64,000 nucleotides of DNA from an uncultured Eubacteriales bacterium (GTDB lineage: Bacteria; Acidobacteriota; Aminicenantia; Aminicenantales; Aminicenantaceae). Shown piece after piece: positions 56,401 through 64,000 of the stretch. A model generated the notes under the pieces. That model saw only the letters and a list, made by a program, of their open reading frames with translations. It had not been told where the DNA came from and did not search any database. The stretch is from the NCBI GenBank assembly GCA_964633715.1, contig CAZWHQ010000007.1, positions 20,914 to 84,913 on the forward strand. Direction: 5' to 3'. Positions within the stretch are counted from its first letter, which is position 1, and every line of letters begins with the position of its first letter. The position numbers and the translations under genes are program-made.

Positions 56401-58164
56401 TCACATCATCTGTCCCATCAAAAGGGCTTTGGGATGTTTAATCAATGTCTTTTCAATGATGTATTCCTCAACTTCTTGAGCGGTTTTTAACGTCATCACA
56501 TTTTGGATAATCTTCTGGACATTCCTGTACTCGACAGACCGAAGCGAATTCTTAATTCGAGGAATAAATATAGGATTCATGCTGAACCTCTTCAGTCCAA
56601 ATCCAAGGAGAACAATGGCTGACAGCGGATCTGCGGCCATCTCACCACATACGGTCACTTCTTTCCCTTCTTTTTGTGCTATTTCGATGACAAATTGAAT
56701 CACCCTCAAAATAGCCGGATGGAAGGGTTTATACAAATAGGAGACAAATTCGTTGGATCTATCCACAGCCAGATAATATTGGATCAGATCATTGGTCCCA
56801 ATGCTTAAAAAATCCACTTCCTTTACCAAAAGATCTGTTATCGCTGCGGCGGCCGGGACTTCAATCATAGCCCCCAGAGGGACATTGGGATCAAAAGCAA
56901 TTTTTTTTGACCGGAGATCGTCTTTGACTTCATTGAACAGGAGTTTAACCTCTTGGAGTTCTTCCATTTCTGTAATCATAGGGAAGAGAATCCTTACGTT
57001 CCGCAGGATGCTCGCTCTGAGTACGGCCCTGAGTTGAATCCTGAATAGATCTCTATCTTTGAGAGAAAAACGGATGGCCCTCAAACCCAGAGCTGGATTG
57101 GGTTCTTTTTCAATATTTAACTGAGGCAAACTTTTATCTCCTCCAATATCAATTGTGCGGATATAGACAGGAGAAGGATGGGCTTTTTTTGCGATTTGTG
57201 AGTAAATCCGAAAATGGTCATCTTCAGAAGGAAGAGATGAGCTTTGAAGATAGATGAATTCCGACCGAAAAAGCCCGATTCCTTCAGCTCCCAGGGAGAA
57301 GGCCATGGCGACCTCTTCGGGAAGCTCGATGTTGGCTAAGGGAGAAAAGGTCACTCCATCCAATGTTTGTGATTCAAGTTTGGCCGTTTTCCTGAGTTCT
57401 TTCCGATAGTCCTCATATTTATCTTTTTTGCTGGTGAATTCTTTCCTGATAGCTAAGGGTGGATTGATAATGACCTCTCCATCCGTTCCATCGACAATCA
57501 AACAATCCCCGACTTTCACCTTCTTCGTGATATTCCGCACACCCATCACAGCAGGGATATTTAGGGACCGAGCAAGAATTGCTGTGTGTGACGTCGGCCC
57601 TCCCATCTCGAGTGCTACAGCCAAAACATTTCCCTCACTTAAACTGGTGGCGGCTTCCGATGGAAGAAGGTCGTGAGCGACGAGAATTTTTTCTTTGTGA
57701 TCATCCTTTTCCACTTTTTCAGTGGCCTTGAGATTCAGATAAACTTTGGACAGCACGTCAGAGACATCAGATTGTCGCTGTTTGAAATAGTCCTCTTCAA
57801 GGGAGTCAAATATCTTCACGTATTTTTCATGGACTTGAGATATGGCCCATTCGGCTCGACATCCTTCCTCTTGGATTATTTTTTTTAGGCTTTGGGTCAC
57901 AGCCTTGTCCTCGAGAATCATTAAATGGGCATCAAAAATGAATGCGTGCTCATCCCCAATTTTATCTCTGATCTCTTCTTTAATTGAAAACAGCTGTGCC
58001 TTGGTTCGCCCAACCGCTTCTTTCAGACGTTTCATTTCTCCTGGAATTTGATTCTTCGATAAACTCTCTTTCCTTGTGGTAAAAATCACTCTTTCTTTGA
58101 GGAAGATTTCACCAACAGCAATTCCTGGTGATACGCCGGTTCCTCGAAGCCTAAAATATTCCAT
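56401..58164 (-). CDS. ptsI: Phosphoenolpyruvate-protein phosphotransferase (PTS enzyme I)
   Basis: GVSPGIAVG, GGPTSHTAIL (active His), GIGLFRSE, NPALGLRAIR, SIGTNDLIQY. Confidence 0.95.
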   Translation of the reverse strand: MEYFRLRGTGVSPGIAVGEIFLKERVIFTTRKESLSKNQIPGEMKRLKEAVGRTKAQLFSIKEEIRDKIGDEHAFIFDAHLMILEDKAVTQSLKKIIQEEGCRAEWAISQVHEKYVKIFDSLEEDYFKQRQSDVSDVLSKVYLNLKATEKVEKDDHKEKILVAHDLLPSEAATSLSEGNVLAVALEMGGPTSHTAILARSLNIPAVMGVRNITKKVKVGDCLIVDGTDGEVIINPPLAIRKEFTSKKDKYEDYRKELRKTAKLESQTLDGVTFSPLANIELPEEVAMAFSLGAEGIGLFRSEFIYLQSSSLPSEDDHFRIYSQIAKKAHPSPVYIRTIDIGGDKSLPQLNIEKEPNPALGLRAIRFSLKDRDLFRIQLRAVLRASILRNVRILFPMITEMEELQEVKLLFNEVKDDLRSKKIAFDPNVPLGAMIEVPAAAAITDLLVKEVDFLSIGTNDLIQYYLAVDRSNEFVSYLYKPFHPAILRVIQFVIEIAQKEGKEVTVCGEMAADPLSAIVLLGFGLKRFSMNPIFIPRIKNSLRSVEYRNVQKIIQNVMTLKTAQEVEEYIIEKTLIKHPKALLMGQMM

Positions 58165-58169
58165 ACTAT

Positions 58170-58439
58170 TTACTCTGCTTCATTAAACCTATCGTGAATA
58201 AGAGCAACGAGGGCCTCCAATGCCCCTTGTTCGTCTTTCCCTGAAATAATAAGAGTGATTTCAGCCCCTTGAACAGCCGCCAGAGTCAATATCCCAAGAA
58301 TACTCTTCCCATCGATCTCATTTCCACCCTTTTTAATCCTTACAGATGAAAAAAATCGGTTGGCGAGATTGACAAATTTTACAGCTGCCCTCGCATGTAA
58401 GCCCAATTTATTTATAATAGTGACTTTCTTTTTGATCAT
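58170..58439 (-). CDS. ptsH: Phosphocarrier protein HPr
   Basis: NKLGLHARAA (His15) and DGKSILGIL (Ser46). Confidence 0.95.
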   Translation of the reverse strand: MIKKKVTIINKLGLHARAAVKFVNLANRFFSSVRIKKGGNEIDGKSILGILTLAAVQGAEITLIISGKDEQGALEALVALIHDRFNEAE

Positions 58440-58453
58440 GGCAAAAATTTAAA

Positions 58454-58858
58454 TTAGTTTTTTGAATTCAGAAGAGCACTCGCAAGATGGATGTTTTTTC
58501 GGCCCTGCTCGACCACCTTCTTCGCAACATCTTTCAGGTTGTTGCTTCGCTGGAGCGAGGCAAATTTTATGAGCATTGGTAGATTGACCCCAGTAATGAT
58601 TTCAATCTGGTTATTTTTAATAAAACTGAAACTAAGATTTGACGGTGTTCCGCCGAACATATCGGTAAAAATAAGGACTCCATTCTTTTTGTTGACAGCT
58701 TTTAAGCTCTGACGGATTTTTTCCTTCGATTCTTCCACATCGTCATACCATCCAATTGAAATGGCATCGATATTGACCACTTCTCCTAGAATTATGTTCA
58801 GGGCATTCAGAAGCTCTTCGGCCAGTTTTCCGTGAGAAACGATAATCCCGCCAATCAT
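58454..58858 (-). CDS. PTS mannose/fructose-family EIIA component
   Basis: IIVSHGKLA, LIFTDMFGGTPSN, ITGVNLPMLI. Confidence 0.92.
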   Translation of the reverse strand: MIGGIIVSHGKLAEELLNALNIILGEVVNIDAISIGWYDDVEESKEKIRQSLKAVNKKNGVLIFTDMFGGTPSNLSFSFIKNNQIEIITGVNLPMLIKFASLQRSNNLKDVAKKVVEQGRKNIHLASALLNSKN

Positions 58859-59013
58859 TTTTTTTTGCTAAACACTTACATTTATTTCTTGCCTTCTTCT
58901 CTACATAGGCACAAGAAGTTGCCATCCCATGAATAATCAATTCATTTTACCATTTAAATCCATGAAACTTAAGTTTTTTGTAACCCCTAAAACAAAAAAG
59001 GAAAAAAACGGAT

Positions 59014-59871
59014 TTATTTGTAGATATCTCGGTGAATCACTCTTACAGAATAATTTTTGTCTTTTAAATGCTTACCGAGCACATTGGCCAGAACAACAGA
59101 TCTGTGTTTTCCACCAGTACATCCGATAGAGATCGTCAGATTTGTCTTCCTTTCCTCAACAAATTTTGGCATGAGGTAATCGATGTGGCGAAGGAGTTCC
59201 ACCAAGTATTTCTTAGTTTCTGCTGCATTGAGAACGAAGTCCTTTATAGCTGGGCTTCTTCCGGTTTTCTCTCTTAATCCGTCTATATAAAAGGGATTGG
59301 GTAAAAATCTTGTATCAAAGACGAGGTCAGAGTCCAACGGAACTCCATATTTATGGCCAAAACTGACAATTAAAACTTGAAGCTTGATTGAGCGTTTTTT
59401 GGCATACTTGTATGTCAAAAGTTTCTTGAGCTCCAAAATACTCATTTCGGACGTGTCGATGACCTCATCTGACATGTTCTTGATTTCTGCCACTCTCTTC
59501 CTCTCAAGTGCTACCGCTTCCATAATGGATCTTCCCTTAGACAGAGGATGAGGCCGCCGGCTTTCACTGAATCTTTTGATCAAAACCGAATCAGAAGCCT
59601 CTAAAAATAAAACACGAGGAGAGATTTTCTCACGAATGGTCTTCAAGACCTTAGCAAATTCTGTCGAAAATCCAGGTTCGCGCACATCCACTACAAGGGC
59701 CACCTTCCCAATTTCGACGTCTTTTTTTCTCCACAACTTGACGAAACTTGGGATGAGTTTGGATGGGAGATTGTCCATACAGTAATACCCCAGGTCTTCG
59801 AGAAAACGACTGGCGACCGTCTTCCCTGATCCGGACACACCGGTAATGATCAGAAATCTGACATCCTTCAC
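59014..59871 (-). CDS. rapZ: RNase adapter RapZ (UPF0042 nucleotide-binding protein)
   Basis: ITGVSGSGKT, YYCMDNLP, RFSESRRPHP, SFGHKYG, GCTGGKHRSV. Start set at GTG 59871, which overlaps the hprK stop (GTGA). Confidence 0.95.
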   Translation of the reverse strand: MKDVRFLIITGVSGSGKTVASRFLEDLGYYCMDNLPSKLIPSFVKLWRKKDVEIGKVALVVDVREPGFSTEFAKVLKTIREKISPRVLFLEASDSVLIKRFSESRRPHPLSKGRSIMEAVALERKRVAEIKNMSDEVIDTSEMSILELKKLLTYKYAKKRSIKLQVLIVSFGHKYGVPLDSDLVFDTRFLPNPFYIDGLREKTGRSPAIKDFVLNAAETKKYLVELLRHIDYLMPKFVEERKTNLTISIGCTGGKHRSVVLANVLGKHLKDKNYSVRVIHRDIYK

Positions 59872-60449
59872 TTTTTTCCCTTTCGTATTCCTCTCTCCGA
59901 TTTTTGAGTCAAAACTTGATCTAATCTCTCTATGAGCTCCTTTGGAGCAAAATATCCGCTCTGACGACAAAGATAAACCTTACAGGCTACTTCGATGAGT
60001 GTCGCAATGCTTCTTCCCGGGGCAACAGGAATAATGATTTGAGACACATTCTGCCCGATTATTTTATAGCCATCCGGAAATTCAAGGCCAAGACGGTCAT
60101 ATTCTCGCCCTTCTTCCCACCTCTTGAGCTGGATCACAAGATCCACTTTTGTTTGGCTGCAAATGGATTTATCGCCAAAAATTTCTTTGATATTGATGAT
60201 TCCCAAGCCGCGGATTTCCATAAAATTCCTGCTGAATTCTGGCGCAGATCCAAGCAGTCCTTTTTTGTCATCTTTGATAAAGGCCGTCACATCATCTGAG
60301 ACAAACAAATGGCCTCTGGTAATGAGCTCTAGGGCACACTCACTCTTTCCAATTCCACTATCCCCAATAATCAACACTCCTAATCCAAATATTTGAAGAA
60401 GTCCCCCTGGAATAATAGCCTGAATGGGAAGATCTTTCCCTCTATTCAT
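59868..60449 (-). CDS. hprK: HPr(Ser) kinase/phosphorylase, catalytic domain only
   Basis: GVLIIGDSGIGKSECALELITRGH...SDD, MEIRGLGIINI, IPVAPGR; no N-terminal domain. Confidence 0.9.
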   Translation of the reverse strand: MNRGKDLPIQAIIPGGLLQIFGLGVLIIGDSGIGKSECALELITRGHLFVSDDVTAFIKDDKKGLLGSAPEFSRNFMEIRGLGIINIKEIFGDKSICSQTKVDLVIQLKRWEEGREYDRLGLEFPDGYKIIGQNVSQIIIPVAPGRSIATLIEVACKVYLCRQSGYFAPKELIERLDQVLTQKSERGIRKGKK

Positions 60450-60912
60450 CTAATTTATCTTCTTCCTCACGTACTATATCTAATATGGAAAGAACACTCT
60501 GGGTTTCCAGGATTCTTTTGAGCAAAGAACTTGATTTTCGAACAAGATGGGCAATCGAGGCAAGAATCTGGAGATTTAAACTCGGATTATCCGGTGATGA
60601 AACAACCAGAAAAAAAATATGTGTGGGATTCCCATCAAGAGATTGGAAATTGACCCCTTTTTTTGAAATAGCAAGCATAACGATAGGATTTTTTGTTCCC
60701 TTCATTTTGCAGTGAGGGATAGCCACTCCGTCACCAATTGCTGTACTACCAAGCATTTCCCGTTGAAGAAGCCTGTCATAAAGATCTTTTTCTTTTGAAA
60801 TCTTTTCCCTCTTTTTTAAATAAGCCACCATTTCTTTGAGAATCCCGGCTCTATCTTCAGCCTCCAATTCTGGAAGGATCATATCTTGAAAAAGTAAATT
60901 TTGTATTTTCAC
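60442..60912 (-). CDS. ptsN: PTS nitrogen-regulatory EIIA(Ntr)
   Basis: REMLGSTAIGDGVAIPHC, FQSLDG. Confidence 0.9.
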   Translation of the reverse strand: MKIQNLLFQDMILPELEAEDRAGILKEMVAYLKKREKISKEKDLYDRLLQREMLGSTAIGDGVAIPHCKMKGTKNPIVMLAISKKGVNFQSLDGNPTHIFFLVVSSPDNPSLNLQILASIAHLVRKSSSLLKRILETQSVLSILDIVREEEDKLDE

Positions 60913-60932
60913 GTTTCTCTCTCCGTATTCAT

Positions 60933-61454
60933 TTATTCAGGCTCAACAAGACCAAAGTGTCCATCCTTTCTCCGGAACAACACCGCCCATTTTTCTGACT
61001 CAAATCTCCGGAAAACATAAACTTCCATCTTGCTTGCTTCAAATTGACCAACAGCCTCATCAAGAGTCATGGGTTTTAGAGAATAGTGGTGACTTCTGAT
61101 GACTTTTTTTTGTTTTGCGCTCTCGGATGAATTTGATTCCTCTTCTCTTTGTCTGTTACTTCTTCTCTTTTTTTCACGCAGTTTTTCTCTTTCTTTTTTA
61201 ATTCTTTTCTCAATATTATCGAAGGCAAGACTCAAAGAACTTGCCATATCTTGAGTTTCCCCCACGGCATTGAGGGTCATCCTCTTAGTTTTAACATTTA
61301 TTTCTGCTTTGTGCCTGTATTTTTCAACCGACAAGATTAGGTCTGCCTCCACAGAGTAGTCAAGAACCTTTTCGATGGACAACAACCTCTTTTCACAGTA
61401 TTCTTTCATGTCAGAAGAAATCTCGGTGTGTCTTGCGGTATAATTTATCTTCAT
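60933..61454 (-). CDS. hpf: Ribosome hibernation promoting factor (long HPF)
   Basis: S30AE N-domain (INYTARH...) plus C-terminal KPMTLDEAV...VLFRRKDGHFGLVEP. Confidence 0.92.
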   Translation of the reverse strand: MKINYTARHTEISSDMKEYCEKRLLSIEKVLDYSVEADLILSVEKYRHKAEINVKTKRMTLNAVGETQDMASSLSLAFDNIEKRIKKEREKLREKKRRSNRQREEESNSSESAKQKKVIRSHHYSLKPMTLDEAVGQFEASKMEVYVFRRFESEKWAVLFRRKDGHFGLVEPE

Positions 61455-62968
61455 TCACTCTCCTCCATCCAATACTTTCTCTTTCTGATATGGGAAGGTT
61501 CGATCTTCAGCTGTTTTCTGTACTTAGCTACGGTTCTGCGCGCAATATTAAAATTCTCCTTGGCAAGTATTTCTTCGATTTCGATATCGCTCAACGGATG
61601 CGTTCGATCTTCACTCTCAACAAGCTTTCTCAATCTATCTTTAACACGCAGGGAAGAAATTTCTTCCCCAAAATCTCCAGATAAAGACTTATGAAAAAAA
61701 TATTTCAACGAAAAAACTCCACTGGGAGTCATCATATATTTATTGGCCACCACTCGTCCAACAGTGGATTCATGAACGCCCAATTCCTGTGCCAACTCAA
61801 TCAAGGTTAGAGGTTTTATGTAATCTATCCCTTTATCGATAAACTCCTCCTGTCTTTCGAGGATGTATTTAGCCACTTTGTAGATTGTTTTGTTCCTTTG
61901 ATCCAAGCTCCGAAGAAACCAAAAGGCTTTCTTCATTTTGTCATTAAGGAACTGCCGAGCCTCCTTATTATCTTTTGATGTCTGAGACAGCATATTTCTG
62001 TAAAAACTATTTATTTTTAAACGAGGCAATCCCTCATCGTTAAGAAATATTTTATATTCCCCATCCTCCTTTTTGATAATTATGTCGGGCACAACATAAA
62101 AGGTTCTCTCCTGACTGTATTTACTCCCCGGGGATGGATCCAGCCTTTTAATGATCTCCATGTGGGTTTTTAGTTCTGAAAGTGACAGCCCAAGCTGTTT
62201 GGCCATCTGAGAAAAATCCGATTTCTCAAGAAGGTGGATATAATCTTCAACAATCGCCCTTGTTTTTGGATCGTAAATCTCAAAATAATCCATCTGGACC
62301 AACAGGGTTTCTTTCAGCGACAAGCAAGCTACGCCCACGGGATCAAATTTTTTTATCTTTTCTCGAATTTTCTCAACGTCTTCTAAAGATGTCTCCATCG
62401 TGGCAACAATTTCTTCGAGAGAGACAATGAGATAGCCATCTTCATTGATATTTCCTATTATGTACTGCGCAATCTCTTTCTCTTTCTCATCAACAAACGT
62501 CAACTCCGCCTGCCAATTGAGATGATCCCAGAGAGAGATGCTTTTAGAAACCATATTCTCCAAAGGTGGCGCTTCTCTTGTTTCCTGAGGGGAAGAGCGG
62601 AATCCATCATCAAAATACTGATGAAAATAAGCTTCTATTTCCTCTACATCTTCTGTGTGTTCAGATTCCGCTGCCACATTTTTATCTGAAGATTCTGGAA
62701 TCCCATCTTGTTGGCTTTCTTTCCCCTCCGGTTCATTCAGTTTTTCCTTATCCCTATCCCTATCTGTTTCCGTGTTCGTATCCGCACCCGTTTTTTCCTC
62801 GCTTGTTTCTTCTTCTACTTCAAGCATGGGATTTTCGGAGAGTTCCGTATCTATGATTTCAATGAGTTCAAGATTCGTCAAAGGCAATAGTTTTATGGCC
62901 TGTTGAAGCGCAGGGGCAAGTATTAGTTTTTGAACCTGTCTTTGATGGAGCTGCTGCTTGATGGCCAT
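61451..62968 (-). CDS. rpoN: RNA polymerase sigma-54 factor
   Basis: Gln/Leu-rich region I (LQQAIKLLPL), VHESTVGRVV, RpoN box ARRTVAKYR. Confidence 0.97.
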   Translation of the reverse strand: MAIKQQLHQRQVQKLILAPALQQAIKLLPLTNLELIEIIDTELSENPMLEVEEETSEEKTGADTNTETDRDRDKEKLNEPEGKESQQDGIPESSDKNVAAESEHTEDVEEIEAYFHQYFDDGFRSSPQETREAPPLENMVSKSISLWDHLNWQAELTFVDEKEKEIAQYIIGNINEDGYLIVSLEEIVATMETSLEDVEKIREKIKKFDPVGVACLSLKETLLVQMDYFEIYDPKTRAIVEDYIHLLEKSDFSQMAKQLGLSLSELKTHMEIIKRLDPSPGSKYSQERTFYVVPDIIIKKEDGEYKIFLNDEGLPRLKINSFYRNMLSQTSKDNKEARQFLNDKMKKAFWFLRSLDQRNKTIYKVAKYILERQEEFIDKGIDYIKPLTLIELAQELGVHESTVGRVVANKYMMTPSGVFSLKYFFHKSLSGDFGEEISSLRVKDRLRKLVESEDRTHPLSDIEIEEILAKENFNIARRTVAKYRKQLKIEPSHIRKRKYWMEESE

Positions 62969-62996
62969 TGTCTTGGTTTTGAAATACTAGGGTTTC

Positions 62997-63728
62997 TCAA
63001 TCACCCAGGTCAAAATCATCTCCTAAATAGTTCTTTTTCACTGAATCTGAAGAGATCAACTCTTGTGGAGTTCCCTCCTTTAAAATTTGACCATTATCTA
63101 TGATGTAGGCACGATCCGTGATCTTCAGAGTCTCTCTGACACTGTGATCTGTAATGAGAAGTCCGATATTTCGCTTTTTCAATGAAAGAATGATCTCCTG
63201 AAGATCTAGAATAGCCAAAGGATCAATTCCTGTAAAAGGCTCGTCCAAGAGAATGAAGATCGGATTCATGATCAACGCCCTGCCGATCTCTAAGCGCCTC
63301 CTTTCCCCTCCAGAAAGCGTGAAGGCCTTAGAGTCGGTCAGGCTATCCAATCCAAGTTCTTCCAGGATATCGGCCAGTTCACCGTATTCTCTGGAAGAAA
63401 TATCTCGAGTGATTTCTTTTACGGCTAAAAGATTGTCTGCGACACTTAACCTTCTGAATGAGGATGGCTCTTGAGGAAGGAGGCACACTCCTTTTCTGGC
63501 TCTTTTGTACATTGAGACTCCCGTGATCTCCTCCTCATCCAGGAATATCTGCCCAGCATCTTGAGCAATAAGACCAAGAATTAAAGAAAAAGTTGTCGTT
63601 TTCCCTGCACCATTAGGCCCAAGAAGACCGACAATTTCGCCCCTTTTGACAGAGATAGACACATCATCAACAACTTTCTTTTTACGGAAACTTTTTTCCA
63701 ATCCAACAGCAGCTAAATGATCTTTCAT
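62997..63728 (-). CDS. lptB: LPS export ABC transporter ATP-binding protein LptB
   Basis: GPNGAGKTT, LPQEPS, LSGGERRRLEI, LLDEPFTGIDP, TDHSVRETL; located before rpoN. Confidence 0.95.
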   Translation of the reverse strand: MKDHLAAVGLEKSFRKKKVVDDVSISVKRGEIVGLLGPNGAGKTTTFSLILGLIAQDAGQIFLDEEEITGVSMYKRARKGVCLLPQEPSSFRRLSVADNLLAVKEITRDISSREYGELADILEELGLDSLTDSKAFTLSGGERRRLEIGRALIMNPIFILLDEPFTGIDPLAILDLQEIILSLKKRNIGLLITDHSVRETLKITDRAYIIDNGQILKEGTPQELISSDSVKKNYLGDDFDLGD

Positions 63729-63731
63729 TGT

Positions 63732-64000
63732 TCACGATTTTATGACGGAAAGTGATCTTTCCTGACCTTGATTTTCAACGATGATTTTATCATCGGCTAA
63801 AAAAAATGTCAATTTGTCACCCTCGATTTTCCCCCTATCCTTGTCGATCAAAACCGGATTTCCAAGCAGTACGATTTTTTCATCATCCAAATCAAATTGG
63901 GCCTCTTTCCCTCTGCCTTCAGACCGCTGTTGAGCAATAATCACATTTCCAATAGCTTCGAATCTTTGCATCTCCCCCTGCTCCTCATCAAAATGGACCA
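63732..64000 (-). CDS. LptA/OstA-like LPS transport periplasmic protein, C-terminal part; 5' end outside window
   Basis: Frame open to the window edge; beta-jellyroll-like pattern AIGNVII...GKEAQF...LLGNPVL...GDKLTF; upstream of lptB. Confidence 0.7.
   Translation of the reverse strand, partial: VHFDEEQGEMQRFEAIGNVIIAQQRSEGRGKEAQFDLDDEKIVLLGNPVLIDKDRGKIEGDKLTFFLADDKIIVENQGQERSLSVIKS

Noticed and set aside
58908-58924. Sigma-54-like GGCAC...TTGC between rapZ and EIIA
   Set aside because: There are 11 nt between GG and GC on either strand; the consensus requires 10.

Overview
A 64-kb window of mostly core-genome DNA from a diderm, probably anaerobic bacterium. Gene order (mfd-ppiC-surA, an F1Fo operon lacking a and c, holB-PSP1, lptB-rpoN-hpf-ptsN-hprK-rapZ-EIIA-HPr-EI) is reminiscent of Acidobacteriota/Aminicenantia-like or deltaproteobacterial genomes; that placement is inference only. 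Contents: envelope and division genes (envC, S41-family, divergent polysaccharide deacetylase, ftsK, tol-pal-cpoB, lptAB, wzm/wzt, heptose adenylyltransferase, glycosyltransferases), the ATP synthase operon, DNA repair genes (mfd, uvrA, a DUF1998 helicase, ssb, holB), K+ uptake, an ECF/anti-sigma pair, a LutB-LutA-type fusion and a regulatory PTS cluster. I found no rRNA, tRNA, CRISPR array, transposase, integrase or phage gene. Most notable: (1) a ~390-bp GC-rich segment bounded by a 29-bp inverted repeat between a DUF5916 gene and mfd; (2) a self-contained promoter-SD-20-codon CxxxC ORF-terminator unit; (3) a CtpA-like S41 protein lacking both catalytic residues; (4) a UvrA that keeps the UvrB-binding domain but lacks the insertion domain, divergent from an MrfA-like helicase; (5) a recurring -10 box 6-9 nt upstream of start codons, suggesting leaderless mRNAs; (6) a bipartite motif repeated before both the ECF sigma and anti-sigma genes. 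Smaller oddities: an Asp-to-Glu receiver domain, a truncated ATP synthase epsilon and an N-terminally truncated HprK. All calls come from reading the sequence by eye; no database search was run.
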